Of a stretch of 60,000 nt of DNA, positions 39,266-52,047 are shown in pieces. The translations under genes and the position numbers were made by a program. Numbering within the stretch: the first letter of the stretch is position 1; the number at the start of each line of letters is the position of its first letter. This DNA comes from Botryllus schlosseri (taxonomy: Eukaryota). Under the pieces are notes generated by a model. That model was not told where the DNA came from. It made no database searches and saw nothing but the letters and a program-made list of their open reading frames with translations. Location of the stretch: positions 5,892,001-5,952,000 of the forward strand of contig CM119373.1 of the NCBI GenBank assembly GCA_051294905.1. Direction: 5' to 3'.

Positions 39266-40810
39266 CAGTGGTTCCCAACCTTTTTCATCTCGTGCCTCCC
39301 TTGACCGAAATTTAAGTCCAAATTCCCCCCTTAGGAGAAATCCGCCCGATGATTAAAAAAGGTCATTTTACCGCTCAAACACCTGTCGACTGAGAGAATA
39401 AGACGGGCGGTACCGAGTGTTTGTTTCTAGCAGGGCTGTAACAACACTTTGTAGACCTCTAAAAACAATGGTCTTGGTCCCAATCAAACAAATTCTGGAA
39501 GGCTTGACTCAACAAACCCCCACACTTCCATTTGTGTTTACGGCTTACCATGCACCAATCGTTAATATAACTGCTGTGAAAAATCAGTATGCATAAATTT
39601 ACTGGTCTCGCGATTTTTTATCTCAAGTTTGCGTATGCATCTGGTCAATAATATTGGTACTTTCATATATAGCAGGGTTGACCAGACTCGAGTCACCATT
39701 TTCTGATTACTCGACGTGACTCAAAATATGGAAACGACTCGACTCGACTTGAGACAAATCTGTGTATTGACTCGACTTGGACTCGAGTCATTGTGCATGA
39801 CTCGAACCAAGCCATATGACTCGAGACTATAAGACGGCCAAGACCGACATTTCTTTGTAATTTCGAAGAACAGTAAAGTGACCACCCTATTGGAATTTCG
39901 TCTATTGATCCTGGTTCTTGAAACTGCGACAAGAAACTGCTCAAAGTGAGGAAAATTAGTATATTATAAATTCAAATCATTCAATATCACCAAACAGAGT
40001 TGTAAAAAGTGGGCTTAACAAGACTTCAACTGGAAACTAAGCCGTCAACACAATGACTTGGACTCGGACTCAAGTCATAATACCATGACTCGAACCCGAC
40101 CCTCTGCTTGGTGACTTGGACTCGGACTTGACTCAATGGTGAATTGAAAATGACTCGACTTGACTCGAGTCAAAACTATGAAGGTGAGATTGACTTGTGA
40201 CTCGGAGCCTCGTAACTTGGTTGCAGCCCTGAGATATAACATACACGTGATCAAATTTCCTGCTAGAGCTCGTTGATATTTAGGACACCCATTACGTTTC
40301 GGCAACATTGCACCAAGCTTAACATACCTTTTTTGATCGGGTAGCTGTTCACTAAGAATAAAGCAAGGCTAGCGATCTCTTTGACTTGAATCGATGACGT
40401 TGGAATATTTTGTCACTGTCTGAAAATGTTGACTTGAAAATATAAGATAAATACTTTCACCGGAGGCCTTGTGATAGATTCGGCACGAAATTTTCTCGCT
40501 TAGTAATATTTGATTGAGAGGCCGTCGCTGGCCTACAAAATTGTCTTGCGAACTGCAGCACATCTGAACTAGTTTAAAAAAACAAGGGGGAATTTGTACG
40601 TGGAAAAGAGATTTCAAATAGCATTTGAACATACTTTCATCAAATAAAAACAGCTATAAGGAGCATACGTTCGGATATAACTGGTTGACTACATGACAGT
40701 TCGGACATGAACAATTTGGGAAATCTGTTACAATTCTAAAGCGGAATTCCTCCCTAAAAATTGCAAAATTCCCCCCAAGGGGGGAATTCCTCCCCGGTTG
40801 GGAACCACTG
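39266..40810. mobile_element. hAT (Charlie-like) element containing a nested GACTCGAGTC MITE (39673-40231)
   Basis: 15-bp TIR CAGTGGTTCCCAACC; perfect TSD ctttaaat. Confidence 0.92.
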
Positions 40811-43006
40811 CTTTAAATACATTAATGGTCAGCATTGTGAATTTATTACAGCTCATGAGTTCGTTATTCAATGTGAGCCACGTGTTTGGTTTTCCATTAC
40901 AAGACGTTACCTTCGAGTGATTTAGAATTTAGAGTGTAATTAGACCCGCAATATAATTTTTGCGTACAAGATGTCTCGCGGTTTCGTCTTTGATGCGGCT
41001 ATTGCATAAAATTCATGCTAGCCTAAGTATGGTGTCCCAAACGGCAGCAAGGTTGTTAATGCTTTTACGGCAAGGTGGAGGTATTTCTACAAGAATTTCA
41101 TCTAGAAAATTGGGTTTCAAATTGTGTTATGTGTGCCACTGTCCACTAGTGGAACACGAGACGTTCCTGAGTGGTACAAGAAGAGTTCGTCCTTTTTAAT
41201 TGTATGTAGTCTACAATTTACCTTCCGTTACATTGGTTAGGTCCACGGTAAATAGACGATGTGGCAATCACGCCATCTGTGCAGCGTTTACGCGTTGGCA
41301 GGCTTGCACAAACTAACAGTTTTTGAGTAGTTCTAGTTCTAGTTCTAGTTGCTGATTTTGAAAATTGAGTAGTTGTAGGTCTAGATGCGGATTTTGAAAA
41401 TTGAGTAGTAGTAGTTGTAGTTCTAGTTGCGGATTTGAAAAAATATTAGTTGCCGAACAACTCAGAAAGCACGTGTCGTCGTTTTGGGCGAATAAAGATG
41501 CCGGTGTTCTGTTGAATGTTTGTGCAGCCATTGCTTGCTCAGAGCGATCACTGCTAACAGTGGCGTAGCCAGCAGGTGGCATTTTGGCGTCGGAATTTCT
41601 TCCATTTCAAACTCGAGACCCCGTTCATTTGAAATGTCGATTCAATGTCTGATATTTCCGATAAAATAAAAATTAATGTGTTGACAAGGAGAATGAAACC
41701 CAGTTCATGACGCTTCTTAATCGTTAATGACTTGGGAACCCCTACGTCCTAGCTGGGCAACTGACACAGTGGCTCATAAATTATGGGTATTGATCCAAAC
41801 ATAGGTCGCGAAGATGAGAAATTTGAGGCGGCATCAGAGCGATTGTTTAATGCCGTGGTTGACAACCTTTAAGGATATGCGGACTGGTTTTAAAATGCCA
41901 AGTTTTTGACGAACCCGCTTTCAAATACATCAATTGTATCAACATTGTAAATTTATTACAGCTCGTAAGGTCTTTAGTGAATGTGAGCCATGCTTTTGAT
42001 GTTCCGCAACACGACGCTCCCACCGCGGAATGACGGAGCACAGACTTACACCAACAATGTATCTACCAGGGCTGTGGAGTCAGAGTTTCGCTAATATTTC
42101 CCTTAACGGAGTCGGAGTTTAAAATTTTTTTAGCACTCCTTGGAGTCGGAATCGGAGTCGTACAAAATACTGGCTTGAATCTGAGTTTGTGAAAATGCTC
42201 CTGACTCTGAGTCCAACTCCAACTCCTTTTAATACGGAAACAAGCCCTTTCAAAGGTTTCTTAAAATTACTATGATAAATGAAATAGGATTTGTCTGTAT
42301 CAACAATCACTGTTTTTAGTAACGATATTGATAAAATTGGACATTATTAGCAAATTGCAATTCAGTTGCACAGTTGAAGAACATTGCAAGATGCATCTTC
42401 GTCACCAACGCAAAATTGCTGATGCAATCACAAAACGGTGCAAGTTTTGGAATTATGCCATGATAGTGTGAAAGAGTATTGGTGAGTGACAATATCACTT
42501 GTAAAATTTATGCAAATATAACCAAACGCTGCTCCCCACTTGACAAAATCAAAGATATTCATAGGAAGTAGATCAGCAGTCGCTTGGGTCAAACAAATCT
42601 TTACGAAAGAGTGCAAGTATAGTCCTAGTCCACGAATACTTGACTAAGTGCACGTAGACATATGGTGTTTGACTGCTCGATAAACGTCGTTTCTGACCAC
42701 CGTTTACTAGTATAGAGAAGTGTGTGCGTGTTACATTAAATGCCTGCTCGTATTGTCGCAAACGGCTGCAAGGTTTTAAATCCCTTCTGCGGTAAAGTGA
42801 CGGTACTCCGACCCCACCTAAAACGTCGGTTGAACCGTTCTGTTACAGGTAACTTTCATTTTAACAAAACCAAGCTATCATAGTGAGGTATTCACTTGCA
42901 AAAGTAAAAGGACCGGACTGGTTTTCCGACCATGCACTCATCAACACGCAATGAGGCATATATGTCTGCGTTGATTTCAGTACGAAACCTGAAGCGCACT
43001 CTACAG

Positions 43007-44931
43007 CAGTGGTTCTCAACCGCCGGGACGCGGACAGTTGCCGGTCCGCGACGACTTTTCCACCGGTCCGCCAGGTATTTTAAAATTAATTTGATACCAT
43101 GGATTCAAGATGATAAAATGTTGAAAGGCTTGTCAATTGATGAAATATTTAAAACATCAAATATTATACATATTCAGAACTTTCAGGTAATATTAGGCCC
43201 GGAAACATGTTCAATTTAAGTTCAAGCCATCTCCGGTGACAACATGCGAACGACTAGTACGAGATGACTCGCTAAACCGCGCAGTTTGAGTGATCATTCG
43301 TTTTCGATTCATTCATTTTGTTGATGGCCCCTTATAGCTGTTGCCAGGTGCATTCGTGCGGTGTATTGCATGTCTGGTGGTAGTAGGAAATGACAAGGTA
43401 GCACGACAAGGTGCTTGGTCCGACTCCAAAACGCTTTTTCTCTAAATATGGTCGAAGATAATAATATTATTGGAGGTGGCGTGGTTGGTTAATCGACTGC
43501 CGTCGGCGTGAAACACTGTAATAGACTATAGATAACTGACCTACAGATAGATCCGTAACACCTATAACGGTTGAATACCCAGATGGAGTTAACGATTGCT
43601 GGTCGTTTCGTAAACAGATATTGTATCCCAACGGCCGGACAGAATTAGGTCTGGGGTAGAACCGGTCTGTATTGCCACTGGGACACCACGTCTGGGGCAT
43701 TTGCGGGCTTTGTTGCCACTCAGGCATCATATCTGGAGACTTGTGTTGCCACTAGGATATCATGTCTCTGGTATGCTCGTACTGTGTTGCACCACTCAGA
43801 CATCATGTCTGGGGTGTATTCGGACTACGCCTCTACTCAAACACTATATCTGGGTTGAATCAGACTGTGTGTCGCCACATGAACTGGGGTATGTATTTGC
43901 ACTCTGTTGCAACTCAGATATCATATCTTGAATGCCTTCGCACTGTCTTCCGCCACTCGGACATCATGTCTGGGGGATGTTCGGACTGTGTTGCAACTCG
44001 GACATTATATCTGGTGTAGATTCGGACTGCGATCCGCAACTCGGACATCATATCGGTGTTATATTCTGCCTGTATGGCAACCCGCACATCTTGACAGGTT
44101 ATGTTTGGGCTATCCTGGCACTGGGACATCACGTCTGGGGTATGTTCGTACTATGTTCCGCCACTTGGACATCATGTCTGGGGTATGTTCACACCATGTT
44201 CTGCCACTCCGTCATCATGTCTGGGATGTGTTTGGACTATGTTAGCCATGACTCAGACATCATCGCATTAGTATGTTCGCATTGTGTTCTGCCATTAGAG
44301 CATCATATCTGCAGTAGCTTCGGGCTGATATGCTGTCCGAATAGCAATTACTGTCCGAATGTATCTCAGACATGAGGCCCGGATTGCGCAGCACAGTCCA
44401 AACATACCAAACATATGATGTCCTAGTGACGCAATATTGCGCGAACATGCCAAAGACAATATTTTCTAGTGGAAACATATTCCAAACATACCCCAGGCAT
44501 GATGTCGGGGTTGCGATTACACGCAGAATATACCCCAGACATAACGCTGTCCAGTTGTTGGCATACAATATCTTTTTTCGAAGCGAGCAGCAATCGCTAG
44601 CTGAATCTGGGTACTCAGACGTCAATCACGTGTTGCACATCTATCCGTAAGTTATTTATTTATAAATCGACTCTCCGCGCTAGCACGTTTATCTAGGAAA
44701 GAAAATTCTACCTCAACTCAGCAGAGTAACCACCGTAAAATCACATGGATACCATCATGAACATATTTCATTACGAACCCCAAAGCGTCACTCTCTACTA
44801 CCATATTTGCAAAATAAAGTGGTAGCATACTTTCCATTATGGGTTGATTTCAATTTTGAAGGTCCGCCGGTCCGCCAAATATGTTTTGAAATTTTACCGG
44901 TCCGCGAGATGAAAAAGGTTGAGAATCACTG
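43007..44931. mobile_element. hAT (Charlie-like) element carrying an internal minisatellite
   Basis: TIR CAGTGGTTCTCAAC/GTTGAGAATCACTG; perfect TSD ctctacag. Confidence 0.92.
43667..44550. repeat. Diverged ~41-43 bp minisatellite, about 16 forward units then about 5 inverted units
   Basis: Approximate consensus CTGTGTTGCCACTCGGACATCATGTCTGGGGTATGTTCGGA; orientation switches near 44330-44350. Confidence 0.85.
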
Positions 44932-45258
44932 CTCTACAGAACAAGTCAGGCGGGTTGACGAATTTCAAAGTATCGGAAACAATTTAACCTATCCGTTGAT
45001 CAATCGACGGAAATGATTATGGATTATGGATTTGTCTCCGTAACATCCTGACAAATCCAATGGAGGAACCGATGGCTCCGATTACTTATGATCATGTTCA
45101 GAAATCCCGACTCTGTCTGTGAATGATCCGCTAGGATAATTACGACCACAAATCAGAACGACATGATGGAATACGACATGATTGCTATGCTCTGCACACT
45201 ACAGAGTGGCGTTGTTTGCAGCACATAGCTACCACAGTTGAGAGAGTTCACGATAGCG

Positions 45259-46653
45259 ATGGATGCGACGTTTCTATCACAGGGAAAGAGCTACTATGTA
45301 GTTAGAAAACGTTGGGGAGTACTATTTGTAGTGAGCATCCTGCTATTTCTGGATATTTTTAGTTACACATTCTCGTTCATCAACGACTTGACATCGTTCT
45401 ATTTTCGAGTGGAGCCGATAATGGTGGACTTGCAAGTGATGATGAATCTGATTGGCAGAACGATTAGCGTAATTCTGGTGAGCATGTCGGGAGAATTAAT
45501 GACAATACGAAGGATAGCTACTATGGCAGCAGGTGTGAATACACTTGCAACTTTCCTCATCACAGTGGGCATTGCGTATAAGACCTTTGGATTTATGCTG
45601 GTGGGGATGTTCCTCTGCGGAAATTCGACTTCTATACTCATATCGCTGATACAATTGTGCTCTGTGAACTGGTTTCCCCCAAACGAAAGAGGTAAAGCTA
45701 CTGCGTTTCCTTGGGTGGCAAGAAGACTGTCGGTTTTGACAACGAACATAATCGCAACAAGAGCAATGGGAGTGTCATACGACAAAGAGCAGCTTCATCA
45801 GATAATGGATTCTCGGAACGAAACACTAATTCTCGATGAACGATTTCGATATGCATATTCGTTCGTATTTGGTACGATCTGTATCGTTACGTTTATGTGC
45901 ACTGTGCTGTCGGTGATTTACATCTCTAATACGCCGCCCGTAGCGCATGAAACCCAACAATCGCACGAAACTGAAGAGTCGATTAATGACGAGACAGTAC
46001 CGATTGTCGGTACACTCGAGCTTTCTCGCAGCATGAAAGCAGAACTACAATATATCAAGTATTTATTCACAAATCCGTCGTATCTTCTAATCTCTGGCAT
46101 ATACGTATTCGTTATCATCGAAAGGCCGATAGGTACGGTTTTAATATCGTCGTTGATGTTAAATGCGTTCCCAATGATGACTGATCAGTTCGTAGGCGTT
46201 ATGATATGTATTGGGATGTTGCTGGCTATAATATGTTCTGCAACGGCCGGGCAAGTCTTGGATAGATTTTCGAGGCCACGATTGACGTTTATCGGCTTTG
46301 CCGCGATAGCTTCTATCTCCCTTGCATTGTTTTCGCTATTCTTTCATATCCGATCTGTCGTGGGGGTTTGCGCTGCATTCCTGGTCTTGTGGTCTACCAG
46401 GGACGGCGTTCTAGTATGCATCTCACATCGCCTATCTGCAAATATCAAAAATCTACCCGATTCACTCCGTGTAAAGGCGTCTACATTACCTCAAGCGCCA
46501 TTGGCTCTATCCGAAACAATAGGCATACTCGCGATGAGACTATTACTGCAAAATTTCGGCTCCGCCATAGCAGTTTTACTGCCACTACCATTTCTTCTGA
46601 CTACAATGTTCTGTTATATTTTTCTGTGGTCATATTTACATGACACCAAATAA
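45259..46653 (+). CDS. Intronless major facilitator superfamily transporter, SLC49/FLVCR-like (464 aa)
   Basis: Only long ORF in window; first ATG at 45259; many hydrophobic helices in two blocks split by a hydrophilic loop; YYVVRKRWGVL start, WFPPNERGKATA and GQVLDRF motifs; AATAAA overlapping the stop. Confidence 0.88.
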   Translation: MDATFLSQGKSYYVVRKRWGVLFVVSILLFLDIFSYTFSFINDLTSFYFRVEPIMVDLQVMMNLIGRTISVILVSMSGELMTIRRIATMAAGVNTLATFLITVGIAYKTFGFMLVGMFLCGNSTSILISLIQLCSVNWFPPNERGKATAFPWVARRLSVLTTNIIATRAMGVSYDKEQLHQIMDSRNETLILDERFRYAYSFVFGTICIVTFMCTVLSVIYISNTPPVAHETQQSHETEESINDETVPIVGTLELSRSMKAELQYIKYLFTNPSYLLISGIYVFVIIERPIGTVLISSLMLNAFPMMTDQFVGVMICIGMLLAIICSATAGQVLDRFSRPRLTFIGFAAIASISLALFSLFFHIRSVVGVCAAFLVLWSTRDGVLVCISHRLSANIKNLPDSLRVKASTLPQAPLALSETIGILAMRLLLQNFGSAIAVLLPLPFLLTTMFCYIFLWSYLHDTK

Positions 46654-47445
46654 AATAATGGTACACCGACAAGCTGCCGGTCACACTTTGCTCTAGTCAA
46701 ACTTTTAATTCGTGTTATGAATAGAGCGGTGGGTCCTTGTATCACTGCTTGGATACAATAAGCGCTAATAATGCTCGAGATACTACTCATCGCTTGAGAA
46801 TACCAGACCACGGTCTTACATATCGACCTAGCCGACCGATAAATTCTTTCTCATTTTACTCGCAAGTGCTTTCTATGTTATTTTCTGTTAATTTTCATCT
46901 TTGTGCAATTAGTATGCATCTTATTTACATGTCTAGGCTCAGCTGGCTGTCTGATTGAAGAATACTTCAAGTCGTTTCGAATCCTTCCTGTCGTTTGATT
47001 TGATCACGATCTCTTGGCGTTTTGAATTGATGAAAATGTGATTACACGAACGAAGGAGTGAATGAACGAATGAATGAAATTTCTAAAATTTCCTACATGA
47101 TTGGCGATTGATTACAACCTAGCAGCCAGCATGTTTCCTGTTATTGGCACTAAAGACAAGGAAATGTGAGCAAGGCCTATTAATCATTGAGACAAGGTCT
47201 TTGTAATATAGCACACGACAATGCATGATATTTGCTCAAATCAAAGATCGTGTATCTTTCCTGAAGTTGAACGCATCTGTCGTGTTGAATACAGTATTAA
47301 TATATTCTTTTTCAAATGAATGCTTGAATATAAGCTACATATTACTACATTGGCTACAAGAAGTAGGAAACTCTCGTGAAACACGGTTTTTAAACTGTCA
47401 ATCAACCCGCATGACTGTTGCAGTTTAAACTTTACCAACTTTTAA

Positions 47446-48058
47446 CCCTAGACCACTCAGGTTGGGGTCAATTTGACCTCAGGCGAGCAAATATATGAGT
47501 CATATTTTCATATGCGGTCACATTGTTCTTGCCTGCCATGTAATCCTAAATGGTCATATGCACTATCAATTGGAATAAAGCATTAGCTGGCTATCTCTAA
47601 TTCCTCGCCGCTATGAGCTATTGATTTAGCATGGGTCAGATTTGGAAGGTATGGTGGCCAGACTAAGTATTTTTCTACTCTTTGTAATCGGACCGATTCC
47701 GGCTGTTTATATGATTATTTCGCATTGTTTATGTCACGTGGAGTCAACGAGACATAACGAATAGCTTTCCGATTGTTGTATTGTAATAATTGTTGTAATA
47801 AATAACTGATGGGGGGTGTTTGACCACAGCTCGACATTCGTGTAATGGTATTAGGCCTCAGCGGGAACTTTGAAATGGGTAGAGAGTACGGTTCAATATT
47901 CCGAAAAGGTAGATGCATCGTTATAACGTCCCGCAGGAGGTTATTAGATAGCTGTATAGCGAAATTTGTAAGAAAAAAAGTATATTGACTGCATGATAGG
48001 ATCAATTTGACCCCAACTGAGCCATCGTGTAACGATATCCCGCCTGAGCAGTCTAGGG
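47446..48058. mobile_element. Non-autonomous piggyBac-type element
   Basis: TTAA|CCCTAGAC...GTCTAGGG|TTAA with subterminal GGTCAATTTGACC motifs at both ends. Confidence 0.88.
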
Positions 48059-48837
48059 TTAACAGACAACACTATAAACCATGAGTGTTGAACATAAAAC
48101 GGGTTACATCCTGCTCGTATGGCCATTTCATTCGACATTTGAAGCAAATAGACTCCTTCCACACGATAAGAAAATGCAAAAATTTGAGCACCTTTAATAA
48201 TTTATTGATATTTTTTTCTGATGTTCATGAATGATAAATATGAAATATTTTACACCGAAAAATAAGCAATATTTGTATATTTATATGAAAGAGAGGTGTA
48301 GGACAGACCAGCCAATCTCATATATGACAGCGCAATACCGCATAAACAGCTCAGAATTTATAATAAATAAGCAATACATCGATTGCTATTGTCGCATTGT
48401 TTCCACAGTCCAAATATAATAATCCCGGGCCACCAGAATATCGAAAAGTCGGTTTTGTTACGCACGATGACGCAATGAAAGCAATCATAAAAGTTAGCTC
48501 ACCGAAATTGAAAACAGCTGATTTTGAAATATTTACTGAAAATCTAGATGTGTTGACTAAAAACAAAGGTCGTCACTTCGGCTCGAATTACCTCCTTTTT
48601 ACCTATAGTTGTGTGTTGTTGACTAAAAAATAAAAAAAGTCATTTTTTCAGATTTTACACCCGCATTTCCCGTCGTCAATCTTTTAGGCCAAAATTTAAC
48701 GTCTTTCGTGGTCGGTCTTTTTGACCATTTTAGGCTAAAAAGGAGTACAAATTGACAAAAAGGAGGACATTTGAGCGATGGGAGGACATTTCTTCAAAAC
48801 GGAGGAAAAGTTATCCTAAAGGAGGACGTATAGTAAG

Positions 48838-49267
48838 TAGGGTTGCATTTAAAACAAACGGTGGTTTGAAACCCTTTGTTTAAAACATGTTTTAAACAGT
48901 GTTTTAAACAAAGGCCTTTCTAAAAATTATTTTTTTAAATTGTCAAATTATGCCATAATTGTGTAATTTCTTTCCAAAAAATATGTTGTATGAGCCTACG
49001 GAGAACTGCCACCCGATTTAGCCGACGTATATCGATATGGGATGGTTGGAACCCTCAAAATAGTCGGTTCAACAGTTATAGTACAGATATTTCGTCAAAG
49101 GAGCTATATTTACCCTATATTTTCAATTGTCAATGCCAATCCATTATGACGTCACAATTGAATAACTGTGACGTCATGGCTTGAAACAAATTAAAAACAT
49201 GTTCAAACAAGGGCCTTATTTTAAACATGCTTTGTTTTAATTGATTTTTGTTTTAAATGCAACCATA
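48838..49267. mobile_element. MITE with TTTAAAACA arrays, inserted in the TIR of another hAT MITE
   Basis: TAGGGTTGCATTTAAAACAAA termini; second copy inverted at 51608-52047. Confidence 0.85.
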
Positions 49268-49984
49268 ATGGTAACCCTATACAACATGAGGAGCATATTA
49301 ATCTGCCCCACTAACTATGGCATAGGCCTAACCATCCGACAATCGCAACACAGTGAAACAATGCGCTATCAGCAATTGACGTGCGAAGCTACAGTGTAGT
49401 AAGAATTGTGATATTGCGACCGCCAACATGTAGTGCAGAGAAAAACCGTCTCTTACCAGTACCACAAATTTAATGCACCAGTTGCATTGAAGGGTCGGAG
49501 GACATGTCGCTTGCAGCATATTTTTCAATCTCAAAAGCGTTTCCATATCCTTCTTTCGAAGTTGACTTACAATGCTTTCAGAGGCCTTCAGAAAAAGTTA
49601 ACTCTCTGACCATCACTGATTGGTATTTATCTCGAACACCTTGTCATCGCCTAAACTTGTGGTACTTCAAGACTCAATCGACGGGCTTCATGAAAAGTAG
49701 AATTACGATGTCTCTCTTAGAAAATAATTCCAATATATTAATTAATGTACGTTGCACAACAATATATAAATAGAATTTACTTAACGTCTGTAAAATGAAG
49801 TATGTCTAATTATCTATATATATCTCAGAGTAAAACAGACATTAAGACTATTATGGTTTACGGCATATTCGTGTCCAGTCTTCTTTATTAGAGCTACGCC
49901 ATTATTTGCTACTTGAAGATATCGCAATCTCTTATTTTATTTAAAATGAGATGTGTATGCGCCTTTATGTAGCAGTGTTAGCCT

Positions 49985-50071
49985 TTATGTAGTATTTCTT
50001 CTTACGACACGAAGATCATAATCGATGGCTGATTTGACAGTGACACCAAACGCAAGTTTCAGCGGCGGTTT
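49985..50071 (-). CDS. Cytochrome P450 (clan 3, CYP3-like) terminal exon
   Basis: ttccag|KPPLKLAFGVTVKSAIDYDLRVVRRNTT*; phase 0 join to heme exon. Confidence 0.8.
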   Translation of the reverse strand, partial: KPPLKLAFGVTVKSAIDYDLRVVRRNTT

Positions 50072-50608
50072 CTGGAATAATATGTTAAATAATTTCCACT
50101 GCATGGTCAATGTATAGTCATGCGTGATACTTGGGTAACTAATTAACCAATAAGAACGCATTGGTGACGGCTTTTGCATCGCGGAAACTGTCGATCACAG
50201 TAAATAATCCACTAACTAGGTATGGGCTGAGCGATAAATATGATTGATTTCGACCCCGTGATCAACTTTCAAGAAAAGACGTATACTAAACGAATTAAGA
50301 AATAGCTGAACATGTCGGCTTATAAGTATAGCCCCACGTTGGTGGTGTTTTGGCCTATTCGCACATCCGCTCGCTAATAAAACCGTACACAGTCACGGCA
50401 ATGTCATGAGTTTCCATTTTGAAAAGTTGAGTTTCAATTATTTCAAATGATCGATCTTATTGGAGGGTAAAGACATCAGCTGCAAGCCAAACATTTGACG
50501 TGCCGTGAAAAATAGTTGTGTGTCAACGGTTGCCGACCCCATTCCTACACAATATCCGTATTAGAGTCGAAAGAATTACTGTATTTATCATCCTATGAAT
50601 CTATGTAC

Positions 50609-50765
50609 CGGTGTGTTCGCTGAGGGCACGAAGGAATATCGATGAAGCAACAGTGCCATGCTGAGTTTGATCTCCATTAACGCAAACCGCATCGCGATAC
50701 AATTACGAGGCCCGCCACCGAACGGTTGATATACCATGCCATCGACTCGACTAATGTCGGTCATC
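50609..50765 (-). CDS. Cytochrome P450 heme-binding exon
   Basis: PFGGGPRNCIAMRFALMEIK (FxxGxRxCxG-type signature with Ala after Cys-Ile); AG/GT boundaries. Confidence 0.93.
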
Positions 50766-51112
50766 CTGAAAAAGATGCATATGGATATTTTGTAATTTAA
50801 ATTCAACCTGCTATTCTAGTACTTTGTGCACTCGTAATACACACAGTGTACGTACATGTGCGATGCACAAGACACAATGCTATGTAACGAGGGGATAGGA
50901 GCTGTCTCTCTCTTTCTTTTATTCTCAAACCTTGCAAAGATCCCATATGAACGGTGACGCTGGACATGATGGGCCGAGATACACATCCGACACTAGGAAA
51001 CCTGCTGGGGCCGAGACGACGGATGAAATGGGTGGAACGATGCATGGAATGGCAACCAATTGCGCCAAATTGCCTGGATCCCCACTCTGAGCTGTGAATT
51101 GTGATCTCCTAC

Positions 51113-51250
51113 CTCTCTGGCTTGAAAAGCTCTGGTTCGTCCCAGTAATCCGGATCATGTGACAAAGCGAACGCCGGAACATTGATTGTCATCCCTTTCG
51201 GTATAGTTACTCCATTAATTGTAATTTGCTTGTCGCATGTCCTTGAATTC
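51113..51250 (-). CDS. Cytochrome P450 exon (beta-sheet and PER motif)
   Basis: RTCDKQITINGVTIPKGMTINVPAFALSHDPDYWDEPELFKPER; AG/GT boundaries. Confidence 0.93.
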
Positions 51251-51321
51251 CTGTAAAATATGAACTGTGAACGCTGGACAGTTTTTGTCAAATCTCTTCG
51301 ATGATATGCCTGCGTAATTAC

Positions 51322-51410
51322 CTCAGGACAGGATTGTAGATTCTTAGAGATTCGTTCACGCACATCTCAAGGTATTTCATTTGGCGGACGCTGTCGTAGT
51401 CGATCGCGCC
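51322..51410 (-). CDS. Cytochrome P450 K-helix exon
   Basis: tttag|GAIDYDSVRQMKYLEMCVNESLRIYNPVL(R)|gtaatt; ExxR motif. Confidence 0.92.
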
Positions 51411-51607
51411 CTAAACGCGTGAACATGACATAACATTTCTTAGGTGATTCACTCCAATTTATAAAGCGGTGTAGACCTAACGTAAACAATAGTAAACTTG
51501 TAAAATTATTCAGTTTAATCATGAATGGGAATGTTATCCTTGTCTCTGGCTGTGATCCGTTCAGTGTCTGATTCGACTGTAGAGATAGTACACTAAACTG
51601 TTGGATT

Positions 51608-52047
51608 TAGGGTTGCATTTAAAACAAAAATCAATCTAAAACAAACATGTTTAAACATGTTAAAACATGTTTTTTTATTGTTTTTTGTTCGTTGGTTTTG
51701 AGCCATGACGTCACGAATATTCAATTGTGACGTCATAGGGGATTGGCATTGACAGTTCAAAATATAAGGTAAATATAGCTCCTTTGACGGAATATCTGCA
51801 CCATATTGCTGTTGACCCGAGTATTTTGAGGTTCCCAACCATCCCATATCGATATACGTCGAATCAGGTGGCAATCGTTCATAGGCTCATACAACAAGTT
51901 TTTTGGAAAGTTTTTACACAATTATGGCATAATTTTACAACTTAAAAAAACACATTTTTTAAAAAAGAGGCCTTTGTTTAAAACACTGTTTAAAACATGT
52001 TTTAAACAAAGTGTTTTAAAACACTGTTTGTTTTAAATGCGACATTA
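51608..52047. mobile_element. MITE with TTTAAAACA arrays (second copy)
   Basis: Inverted homologue of 48838-49267; TSD gttggatt/gttgaatt. Confidence 0.85.

Noticed and set aside
43667..44550. Regularly spaced repeat as a CRISPR-like array, and the overlapping Cys/His-rich ORFs
   Set aside because: Units are contiguous and diverged along their whole length with no unique spacers or cas genes; ORFs occur in several frames as a by-product of the repeat
45238..45258. TTG start proposed by the ORF track for the transporter
   Set aside because: Eukaryotic context; first in-frame ATG is at 45259
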